Assembly: GCF_964355755.1 (NCBI RefSeq)
Contig: NC_092678.1
Span: 22,461,365 to 22,525,364, forward strand
From: Antedon mediterranea
Taxonomy: Eukaryota; Animalia; Echinodermata
Direction: 5' to 3'
Length of the DNA stretch: 64,000 bases
The notes below the pieces were generated by a model. That model was given only the letters and a program-made list of their open reading frames with translations. It ran no database searches and was not told where the DNA came from. The position numbers were made by a program, and so were the translations under genes. Positions 51,581 to 62,550 of the stretch are shown here, in pieces (position 1 is the first letter of the stretch; each line of letters opens with the position of its first letter).

Positions 51581-54500
51581 AAGCTCTCTGTCTACACTAT
51601 CAAACTAGTTTGACAAAATAATGTGTGATGTGCCCAAATATGGTAGTGGTATGACATCATCATGTCTATATACAGTATGGGTACATCACATAAAGTTTTA
51701 TAGTGTAGACAGAGCTTTATGCCATTTGCCTATTGCTGGATGTCCTCATCATTGTTTTTAGAAAAATGTTCTGTATAAATTTGACTATATTAGATTAGTG
51801 ATGGACTTAATAAGTGTATTGTGTGGTCAAAAGTACTTTTAGTAATAATTACAGTACCAGTTCAGTGTATCTCTAGTACCTCCGCCTTCTTCCTGACATT
51901 GGAGGCCATCGAGCCAGTGGCCAACTAATGAGAAATTACCAAATCCTCATCTATTTAAGTACTTTTAGTAATAAGCACAGTACAGTGTAGCTACCCCACC
52001 CCCTCTCTGACATTAAAGGCCAGCCAGTGGCCAACTAATGAGAAGTTGCCAAATGCTCATGCATCTATTAAGCCAGTGGCCAATACACTAATGAGCAATA
52101 ACCTAACCTGTGTTCTTTTGCTAATCATGCATTGCTAATAAGGTTGTAGTGACATTGATTTTACATATTAACATCCACTGTACAGCTACTGCATTGCGTC
52201 GTAATTTGACTGCGGAATACGTCGCTTTATCCCGCCATCAGTTGCAGTAAGGATGCCCAATTAGGTTGATTAAATTTAATATCTGGACAATGAGTTATTC
52301 AGTTCATTTATTTTTAAATCCAGTTAGTTTATAATAAGAGCATGCTAGGAAACATTCAACTCTTTCTAGTCTCAAATGGTTGGTTTTACTTCAGAATGCA
52401 TATTAAAGATTTTGAATATTTAAGAAAATCAGATGATGATAAACCGATCAACTGGCATTTTGTTTAAAAGGAAAACTTGTTTTTCTTTCCTCTTTCTTGA
52501 TTATAGTTGTAGCAAAATCCCTGATTATAGTTGTAGCAAAGTGTCCCTTAATAGGAGTGTCCCTTGAATAGAGATGTAGTATAGAGATGTTACCCTTGTT
52601 TGTTTCATAGGAAAGTGTGCCCCCTTAAGAAATAGGACTGTCCCTTGAAATTGAATAGGGATTGCATGTACAGTAGTGTTTAAACATAATCATCTGTTTC
52701 ACTGGAAAGAGTGTCCCCTTAATAGAAGCATCCCTTTATTAGAAATGGCTTTAGTGTTAACAATTATATAAAGTGTGTCCCCTTTAAGTCTGTCCCTTGA
52801 ATTGGGTTGAATGTACATGTAGTGTTAAAAACATAATCATCTGTTTCACATGGAAGTGTCTAGGCCTTGTCTTTGAAAATCATAGGTGTGCTACAAATTG
52901 CACTCCTCAATACATTCAGGGTTGCTGTAGGTGTGCTGTTTGTATTTTCGTGTGTGGAAGTTTACCAAATTATTAAGGCGTGTTGTAAATCGCACTCCTC
53001 AAGGGCAGTTTAGGAGTGTGTTAGGTGAGTGATCGCACTCACTTGCCTTAAAAGACCAGGCCTGAGTGTCCCCTTAATAGGGGTCTTTCAATTGCTACTG
53101 TACCTGTTTGTAGTTACCAGTCACAGACTGTGCAAGGAATAAATTACTACGCGAAGCTGGTTTTTTTTGTCATAGTATTTGTGATTTGTATTGGTTGTAT
53201 AATTATGTTTACATCATGTTTTAGGTCATGTTACAGTATAAATGTCCAGCTCAATTACTACACAGAGTAATTTAATCACATTCTACAAATGATGATTATC
53301 TATAGTATGTGGTTACTAATTCAGGTAGAATCTTGCTTGACTTAATTGAAACCTGTTTTATTAGGCAGTTGCTGAATACTGGTATAATTTAGGATTATTT
53401 GATCATGAAGAAGGCTAATTAAATCCATCTAGCTTTCTTAATTTTAAATTAAATTTACCATCTATGTCATACCTAGCTTATCCCTGGATATAATGTAGCC
53501 TGAAGTGAAACACCATTCATTTTTAATGAAAATGTATTGTTTGAAAGTTCCTACTTACTGTGTTGTAAGAAATTGGTATTATTGTTCATGGTGGAACCAT
53601 GTGGTCCATTACAAAGGGTGGAATTGTACTGTAGCCTCTACAAAAACCTTAGAGCTCGTTTCAACAAGTTTTTGTGCATCAAAATAAGAAAGAACAAGGT
53701 ATACAATCTTTCTATACAGTATTTTGAAAGCTCTGTCTACTGTACACTATCAAACTTCATATATGAACATGATGATGTCATATCACTACCATATTTGGGC
53801 AAGTCACTACCATATTTGAGCACATTTTTGTTGAACTAGTTTGATAGTGTAGACAGAGCTTTAGATTAGAGTGGGTTTCAACAAGTTTTTATGCGCATAA
53901 ATAAAACTACGAAAAAACAAGGTATAGAAAATCTGCCATATTATAAACCTTCTATACATGTAATAATATTAAGAAAGAACAGAAAGGAAATCTATGATAT
54001 TATAACGATTTATTACAGTATTTCTCACAGTTTTCACTCCAATTGAAGAAATAAATTCTCTCTTGCAAGTAAAAAACTGTACAATATATTGCAAAACTCA
54101 CATTCACAATCTGTAATTTGGAAGTCTACGATATTACAGTATAATTATTGTTTTTAAAATAATTATTACAGTTTTCAGTTCAATAGAAGAATACTTTACT
54201 CTAAAATGAGATTCGCAACTACTGTAGAAACTGTATAATATGTTGCAAAACCTAATTTGGAAATCTACGATATTATAATCGCTTTTTTTACAGTAATTCT
54301 TACAGTTTTCATTTCAATAGAAGAAATACTTTACTCTAAAATGAGATTCGCAACTAGTAAGTTGACAATATATTGCAAAACTCACAATCTGTAATTTAGA
54401 AGTCTACAATATTAAAATCATTCTTTTATAGTATTTCTCACAGTTTTCACTTCAATTGAAGAGATGTTCTCAAATGACGTCGTCGCATAAAGAACTAAAA

Positions 54501-55049
54501 AAGCACACATTATTGCATAACTCACAATCTGTGACATTTTATATCTGCACGTTGGATGAATTAAGCAAAATGAATGCTATACTATTCTTCGAAATGAGAT
54601 ATTTCAAAAAGCAATTGAAATCAAGTGTCAATTTTGTGAAAACCAGTGCTAAGAACATTCAGTGTGCGAGCCGAGGGATTTGCTGCCTGACAAATAACTT
54701 AAATGGATACAGATTACTACTATTTTTTATTATTATTCAAATAAACTTTAAACACTTTCGAACAGGTTGAAGTAATGTATGCTTTAGTCAGTGAGGAGAT
54801 ATAATTTTTTCATACTGTTACAATATGATAAAGATCCTACATAATCTATTTATACAAATTGACGCAAGGATAAATTTAATTTTAAGAAACCTTAAAGCTT
54901 TGTCTACACTATCAAACTAGTTTGATAAAAAAAATGATGTACCCAATATGGTATCGATATCCCTAAATATGGTAGTGATAAGATGTCATCCTGTCCATAT
55001 ATGGGCACATCACATTTTTGTGGTACATAAAGTTTGATAGAAATAGCTT
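51581..55049. mobile_element. Three MITE family A copies (~51581-51717, 53728-53861, 54895-55049)
   Basis: aagct..tgtctacactatcaaact TIRs and conserved core. Confidence 0.87.
53990..54535. repeat. Degenerate ~130-145 bp tandem repeat, ~4 copies
   Basis: acagttttca..tcaat[a/t]gaaga...tattgcaaaactcac...ggaagtctacgatatt recurs at ~54027, 54168, 54303 and 54440. Confidence 0.75.
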
Positions 55050-58000
55050 AACGCCAACTTTGTATGCCTAAATTCACTAATTTGTCCTTGCCTAGTATTA
55101 CCGTCTGTTTTTTTTTTATGTGGTTAATTCCATGTTTAGTATTATGTATTCAACATTTCTAAATTGTACCATGCACCCCAACTAACGGCTTCCATTCCAC
55201 ACAGACACACAGCATTTCTTGAGAACTATGTCATGTCACCTACTTTGTTAGCTACAGTAGCACTTGCTCTTAAATATTCTCTAGTCTACAGTACATTTCC
55301 AAAAGTAATCAGATTTAAGGCCTTGTTCAGACTATGTAGAAATAAGTTACAGTATCTTAACTTGTTCCTCCATGTTCAGACAACTGTAGCTCCCTGTTCA
55401 GACCTACTGTAGGTACTTACTAATACGGTAAGTGTTGTTATGTATATTTTTCTTTTAAACGCTTGTGTTATTTGTTAGAACAGAAAAGCTCCATCCGATT
55501 TTATTGATTAGTTGGCCTAATATGTCTGGTTTCCCAGAAAAACAAGTATTCACATGGAGGAAATATATTTCAATGGTACTGTAAAACATTTTGGACCTCC
55601 AGAAAGTCTGGTTTTGGAGAGTTTCCGGTTTGGAAAAGTTGACTGTAGACCACACTGTATAAACGATGGGTTCCATCTCTAATATAAGAAAATAGTTTGG
55701 GTTGTATTAAATTATAAACCAAGTACAGTATGTGCAGATCTTAAAATATGTTAATTTGTATTTGTCGTAAGTAACCGCGATATTAATTCACATTGCCGTA
55801 TTTGACGGTATTGAAATCTTATCATGTACACATAGTGCAATGGCATTTAGTTGGATTGACTCCACCAAATCCCCTGTTGATTATGTCCTCATAATTATCA
55901 TAGTTATAATTATTTCTTTACTACACACTAATTCTCTAGCGTCTTTAACCATCAATTCTTTACGGTGATTCTGTATTTAAAATTGTTATGTGTTACCTAA
56001 ATTCTCATTCTTTTTTGGACATTATCGTGTTGGGTTATTTCCATATGGAAATTAATTGTGAAGTGGCCCTTATAATTGTGAACAGAGAAAAGGGGGTAAA
56101 ATGCATAGTTTTAATGTATGTTTAAAAGACCAAAATTAATGCCTTGATTTTGTAGGTGTCGATGGGCACTTGACAGATGTGTATACAATAATACTGTAAC
56201 ATTCGATACAGCTTTTTACACATTTATCAAAGCTAAAACTAAATCTTGTAGGGAGAGATTTTTTTCCAAAAGGACTAAGGTTTGGAATGCTAATAATAGA
56301 TAGGTGTGGTGGGTGTGGTTCTTCTTTTGTTACAGTAGTTGTTTGTATACCGGGCCTCATGTCTTACACACCCAGCATAAAGAAAGAAATAAATAAACTC
56401 TACTGTATATTTAATGTTTTAATACATAACCAGATTTCATAATACAGTACATTGAAAAGTTTTGATTTGTGTAGTCATAATGAATTGTGGCACAGGATTG
56501 AAAGTAAAAATCACACATGTAATTCTTGTGATTTATTGCGTCGTCGTTGTCGTAACGTAACTATTGCTAGCACTTTTGTTTCCATTTCATGTGATAATAA
56601 ATGTGTAAAATAGTCGTTAAGATTTTTTGTATACGTTTTTAACTACTGTACTGAACTTCCCAAACACTGTTATCCATATTATTATATTATATGGGTACAG
56701 AATCTGTTAGTTCATGTATGAAAAAACATCGTCTGTCTGGCACGAAGGTCAAAAGGATCCTTTAATAGAGGTCATACCATCACTTACTACAGTAGCATGT
56801 CATAATCATCATCATCATAATTATGGTTATCACCTTGATCAAAATCTCGATCATTTGATGATGAGTCGCTATATTATTATTGTCATTGTCTGTCTACAGT
56901 AATTTTATTATTACAGTTTCAGTATTTTGCATATTTTCTTAATTATTTTAAAAGGTAACATTTTAATAATCTTATTTGATCCTAATATTAATATTTAATT
57001 TTTCTGACTTTATGAGTAACGTTTTTAAGGGGAAAAAGAAATTTAAAGAATTATAATATTACAAATAGATTTAATCCTAAATTCGCCTTTTATGACCAAT
57101 GTTTCAGGGAATTTTTTTTTTAAATAATTGTAATAAAAAAGGACACTGAATTAATAAAATGCGTTTAATATAATTTTGTCTAGGCCCTTTAGACATGGCA
57201 TGGTAATTTTAAGGTTTTACTGAACTTGATCCCAAATGTTCCGAATTATGCAATAGCTTGGCGCCTCTATGTCTTCCATTCACTTGTTAAACAAAATATC
57301 AAGTTTTGAATTTCTAAATGTCAGTACAATTTTTTTTTCCTCGGTTTACATTTAAATGAAGGGATATCTCATGTAGCATCCTGCATTAAAACATTTAATT
57401 ATAAATACATTCTTTATAATATTGATGTTGTATGATGTTATAATATTCACAATAACAACTCAATCTACGAGTATTAGTATCATAAGATATTCATTATACT
57501 GTTTCTTGTCGTTGTCGTATACAGATTTCTCTGTATCTCGTATTGTTTATCACCCGACCTATATGTACATTATAGTAATGAGTACGGTGCATTTTGTTTG
57601 GCTTTTATCACTATACAGTATTGTTCATTAACTTTCATCTTTATTATATGCTGCTACATATGATTATTATTACAGCTATTTTTCGAAATGCTCGAATTCT
57701 GAATATTTTGCCCTTTAACGTAGACACTTGGTGAATATAAATTTAAAGCTTTTTAAAGTATAACTGACTGTTTATTTGATATAAAGATTATTATGACGAG
57801 AAAGATTTCTTAATGTAATACAAGCCATGTGTCTTTTTCTTTTACAGTGCATCTATAAAAAAATAATTTAAAATTCAAAGTATAATATAATGTAGAGTCA
57901 AGCAAGCTGTAGCCATGGGTTCTTTTTTCCCATTAAAATGGGCAAATATTTGTCCTGAGCTAGGCTAGTTACAGGTTGAATATTAGTTACCACGCTACAA

Positions 58001-58437
58001 TACAAATATGTATAATTAATAAAAAAATAAAAACCAATAAAATCAGAAGAAAAAATGTTCAACTTCCCCTGAAAAAAATACTTCAGGATTATTAACACTG
58101 ACATTTGTTCTTATCTTTTTTTGTTTTTTACATTTTTAGTTAATCATTAAATTGGAATAGGAAGAACATTTTTTTTTTGTTGAAGTCCAAAAGATCCAAA
58201 ATCTTTTTACCATTAAACTAATATAGTATATCAGAATTTGTGTAGAAAACCTAGAAATATTAGGCCAGCACAAGATTGTCCCATATTACATTAGGAGAAT
58301 TTACTGTATTGTATGTTCTGCATAATTAATATACAGTAGCTGCTGCCTAGCTGACTTTCAACTTTTCATCTTCTACTCAATCAACTCGTCGTCCTCCTAT
58401 CACTGTATTCTCAATAACAGAATAATTATACCTGTCG

Positions 58438-58563
58438 TCACATTCAAACATTAGCACTTTCTATCCTAGATGATGTGTGCGCATGATTCACTATAACATA
58501 TCACATTCAAACATTAGCACTTTCTATCCTAGATGATGTGTGCGCATGATTCACTATAACATA
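58438..58563. repeat. Perfect 63-bp tandem duplication
   Basis: tcacattcaaacattagcactttctatcctagatgatgtgtgcgcatgattcactataacata twice. Confidence 0.93.
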
Positions 58564-59237
58564 AACAAAGAAAAAACGGGTTTAAGAAATGAATGAATAT
58601 GTCGTCGATTTCACACTGTGTTTAATTTTTGAAAATATACGAAGTGATTAATTTCTTTGTGTTTTTAAGTCAAAATGTTTACATACACTACAAATATGTA
58701 TAATACATGAAAAGAAATAATATATATGTAGCAGGTCACTCACTCTCCTGGAATTCATGTGGTTTTCCATACTTAACTGATGTAGACTATAGACCTGGGC
58801 TGTAACCACTAAGGTGTCAACTCCTAATAATTAATTGCCTTATTCTATGGAATTGGTAATAACTTACTAATGATTACTTGGGTGTGATCTTAATGGATAT
58901 ACCAGCTCTTGGGAGGGGACAAGGAGGGTCACTGAACTGACAAGTCACCTCACTTAAATAGTCATGTATGTTCTGTAATTAACACTTCTTGTAGATTAAG
59001 ACAATTTGGAAATAACTTGGACCGATAGCTACAACTTAATCACTCTCTGTGTACCTGTATATAGTGTAAATAAAGTACCATTGAGAGAATATAACAACAG
59101 TCTGTGTCATTTATATAAAGAGTGCTACAAATTGGAGGTTCTACCGAGACATTGACACAGCAGATTTTTAATTTTGTTTCTTTAATTGTACGGACAAGTT
59201 TATTTCTTTAATTCATTATACGGAAAATAGCGATAGA

Positions 59238-59531
59238 ATGGATTACACAATTGTAGACATGGTCAACGATACTTCTTCTTCATCACATTTTGAAAGGACT
59301 CCATCACATTCAACACCACGAAGGGTAAGCGAACGTCATAATAATATTTCAAATGTATATACTCCAATACAGCGGAATAATGTGGGTGCTGGGTATATGC
59401 CATACAATCCAGTGCATCAACTTAAAAGTGTTCCAATATTCACAGGAACAACAGGTGGTATACTAATAGAGGACTGTGTTCGAGATATGGAGTATTTACT
59501 ATCAGCTATAGATGACATTAGACTTTTCTAA
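59238..59531 (+). CDS. Truncated gag N-terminus (97 aa)
   Basis: First ATG ORF after the PBS; PIFTG...IEDCVRDMEYLL resembles the start of the Gypsy capsid N-terminal domain. Confidence 0.6.
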   Translation: MDYTIVDMVNDTSSSSHFERTPSHSTPRRVSERHNNISNVYTPIQRNNVGAGYMPYNPVHQLKSVPIFTGTTGGILIEDCVRDMEYLLSAIDDIRLF

Positions 59532-61086
59532 TTCAACTGTTTTATGCCCAAATGATGTTTCAGCCGTTTTGTCCGGATACCATAGTTCTTGTTTATTTAC
59601 TCATCCTCCGAAAAAGTCTGTACAGTGTAACGTATTGACAAGAAGCTCAGCTAATTCTTCAAGTCGCAACAGCGAGGACGTCATTAATGTGCAGGGAGGG
59701 TGTGATGCAGTTTCCTCCTACACCCCCACAGAAATTGTTCATATGCAACGTAATGATCCAACTATTGGTCCTGTCATTGTATATCTTAATCGCGGATCTC
59801 GTCCGACTCATACTGAACGCATCAATGAATCACAAACTGTGCTTACTTTACTTCGCCAATGGGATCGTTTAGAATGGAAGGACAATGTACTTTATCGTAA
59901 AACTTTTGTTGACAATTTTCCGCGTTTTCAACTTGTACTTCCGGCTGATCATAAATCAACTGTTTTGACAAAATTACATGATGAACTTGGACATTTAGGT
60001 TATGAAAGGACTCTAGATATGATACGTAGTAGGTTTTACTGGCCTAAAATGGCTGATGATATTAAACAACATTGTATAAGTTGTAAACGTTGTTGTTTAC
60101 GTAAGACGCCTCAAAGTAAAACTAAAGCTCCTTTAGTACCAATTTTCACATCGGAACCAATGGAGTTGGTATGTATTGATTTCCTTAAACTTGAACGTTC
60201 AGCAGGTGGTTTTGAAAATGTTCTAGTTGTAACAGACCATTTTACTAAATATGCTCAGGCATACCCTACAAAGGATCAAACAGCAACTACTGTAGCAAAA
60301 GTTTTAATTAATAATTTCTTTTTACATTATGGGTTTCCTAAACGCCTCCATTCCGACCAAGGCCGTAATTTTGAAAGTGCCATTATTAAACAAATTTGTA
60401 AATTAACAGGCATTGAAAAATCACGTACAACCCCTTATCACCCCATGGGTAATGGTACTACAGAACGTTGGAATCGTACATTGTTAAGCATGTTAGGCTC
60501 TTTACCAGCAGAGAAGAAACTAAACTGGAAGGATTATGTAGGTCCCATGGCTCATGCGTATAATTGCACAAAACACGAAACCACTGGTTATGCCCCTTTT
60601 TATCTTATGTTTGGACGACACGCGAGATTACCTGTTGATATACTATTTGGTATAGTAAATAATAATGGTCCGACGGATGGGGAACAATATGACGATTATG
60701 TAATTAAGTTACTTGAACAACTGAATCATGCTTATTTCACATCCCAAAATTCAGCTAGTGAAGCCAAGGCTAGGCAAAAACATAATTATGATAAACGAGC
60801 TACCAATTCAGTACTTAAAATGGGTGACAGGGTACTTGTTCAAAAGAAAGCTATAGTTGGTAAACAGAAACTCGCTGACCAATGGGAAGAGAAGCCATAT
60901 GTTATTGTTAATAAACACCCCACTCTACCTGTGTATACAGTTGAGAATGATACTCATAAGCGTATCCTTCATAGGAATCTCCTAACCCCTTGTATGTTTC
61001 TGCCTATTGAAGACCCTATCGATGTAAACCAACACATTATTAAGTCACGTAGTTGGAAAATTAAGAAGGGTCGTCAAATTTTTTAA
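59512..61086 (+). CDS. Retrotransposon integrase (524-aa ORF)
   Basis: HHCC zinc finger (HDELGH...CKRC); CIDF, HSDQG and TTERWN with exactly 35 residues between the second D and E; C-terminal GDRVLV...WEEKPYVIV. Confidence 0.93.
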   Translation: MTLDFSNSTVLCPNDVSAVLSGYHSSCLFTHPPKKSVQCNVLTRSSANSSSRNSEDVINVQGGCDAVSSYTPTEIVHMQRNDPTIGPVIVYLNRGSRPTHTERINESQTVLTLLRQWDRLEWKDNVLYRKTFVDNFPRFQLVLPADHKSTVLTKLHDELGHLGYERTLDMIRSRFYWPKMADDIKQHCISCKRCCLRKTPQSKTKAPLVPIFTSEPMELVCIDFLKLERSAGGFENVLVVTDHFTKYAQAYPTKDQTATTVAKVLINNFFLHYGFPKRLHSDQGRNFESAIIKQICKLTGIEKSRTTPYHPMGNGTTERWNRTLLSMLGSLPAEKKLNWKDYVGPMAHAYNCTKHETTGYAPFYLMFGRHARLPVDILFGIVNNNGPTDGEQYDDYVIKLLEQLNHAYFTSQNSASEAKARQKHNYDKRATNSVLKMGDRVLVQKKAIVGKQKLADQWEEKPYVIVNKHPTLPVYTVENDTHKRILHRNLLTPCMFLPIEDPIDVNQHIIKSRSWKIKKGRQIF

Positions 61087-62449
61087 TCTTGGAAGAGTAA
61101 ACAACCTCCTCTTACTGATTCATAGATTTTTAATGTTGAAGCTAATTTTTGTTATTTATGCATGATTACATTATACTTAATTTTTCTTTTATTACTTGAG
61201 GTTATGTTATAGCGGACCCTCAAAACATTTTGTATTATAAATAACATTAGATTATTTACGTTTGATTTATTTTGCTTTGATTTCTTTTAATAATTTAAGA
61301 TTGATTTTCTGATATACAGTATTTTGCTTTAAATTTGTTTGAAACATGATTGTTTTGATGTTTATGTACGGGTAATACGTACGTGCCTTGAACACGCTGT
61401 ATTGTCAGTGGTTTAGTGTGGCACTTGTTTCTGGAATGAGATGTTCATTCCTGTTATATTTTGTATGCTAAATAGTTAAGTTTTTTGTTCTTTCTTTTGA
61501 TTTTGCCAATATGCCGCTGTTAGTGGGTTGTCCTGCGACATGAATACGGCTCTACAAACATGTATTTTTCTAGTTTGTTTTATCTTATATATTGGTGTTG
61601 CTTATTCCGTTAATGTTTATATGCTTGAACATACGGCAGCGGAAAGTTATGTTTTTTTCTTACTTAAGTTTGCTTGTACTTTTCATTTGATTTTTGTGTT
61701 AATTTTGTAGTTTGTAAGTTGTTTTAATATTTCATACTGTTTTGGCTTAAGATTTATGTTTTTTATTTAACATCGAGGGCGATGTTCAGAAAGCCAGGGT
61801 GGATGTAGCAGGTCACTCACTCTCCTGGAATTCATGTGGTTTTCCATACTTAACTGATGTAGACTATAGACCTGGGCTGTAACCACTAAGGTGTCAACTC
61901 CTAATAATTAATTGCCTTATTCTATGGAATTGGTAATAACTTACTAATGATTACTTGGGTGTGATCTTAATGGATATACCAGCTCTTGGGAGGGGACAAG
62001 GAGGGTCACTGAACTGACAAGTCACCTCACTTAAATAGTCATGTATGTTCTGTAATTAACACTTCTTGTAGATTAACACAATTTGGAAATAACTTGAACC
62101 GATAGCTACAACTTAATCACTCTCTGTGTACCTGTATATAGTGTAAATAAAGTACCATTGAGAGAATATAACAACAGTCTGTGTCATTTATATAAAGAGT
62201 GCTACATATATAATATAATAACCACCGAAAAGGGTACTTCAAGGAATATAAGCACTAAAATTTGTTCTGATCAATTTGAATGAGCATATTAAAATATAGT
62301 ACTTTTGGGGGATTTTTTTTTCCAACCTCCCCTGAAACTCATTCAGAGTTAACACAAGTAAGTATTTTAAAATAATAATCAAACATTTATATACAGTACA
62401 GTAGCATCAATTCCACAAAAAAATATCAAAGACCCATTGTATCCAGAAG

Positions 62450-62550
62450 TTTTGACAAAAGGGGGTAGTTCGCTCCAAAGAGAGTATGCAGTAACAGAAA
62501 AGGTGCGTCCACCGCACGCCTTAGTGTCTAAACAGGGAACAGATTTTTCA
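62450..62550 (-). mobile_element. CR1/L2 LINE ORF2 C-terminal fragment
   Basis: Translates as VPCLDTKACGGRTFSVTAYSLWSELP, matching the G-R-F-S...W-x-x-L-P motif at the end of L2/CR1 ORF2. Confidence 0.6.

Larger units (their letters stand above)
58727..62206 (+). mobile_element. Ty3/Gypsy-type LTR retrotransposon, internally deleted (3480 bp); LTRs 58727-59129 and 61804-62206
   Basis: 403-bp TG...CA LTRs with 2 visible differences; TATA on both flanks (TSD); PBS tggaggttctaccgaga 59133-59149 complementary to the tRNA-Gln 3' end; purine-rich tract 61788-61803. Confidence 0.96.

Noticed and set aside
36000-58400. Numerous 60-106 aa ORFs
   Set aside because: AT-rich composition, non-ATG starts or repeat-derived, with no recognisable motifs or consistent splice sites
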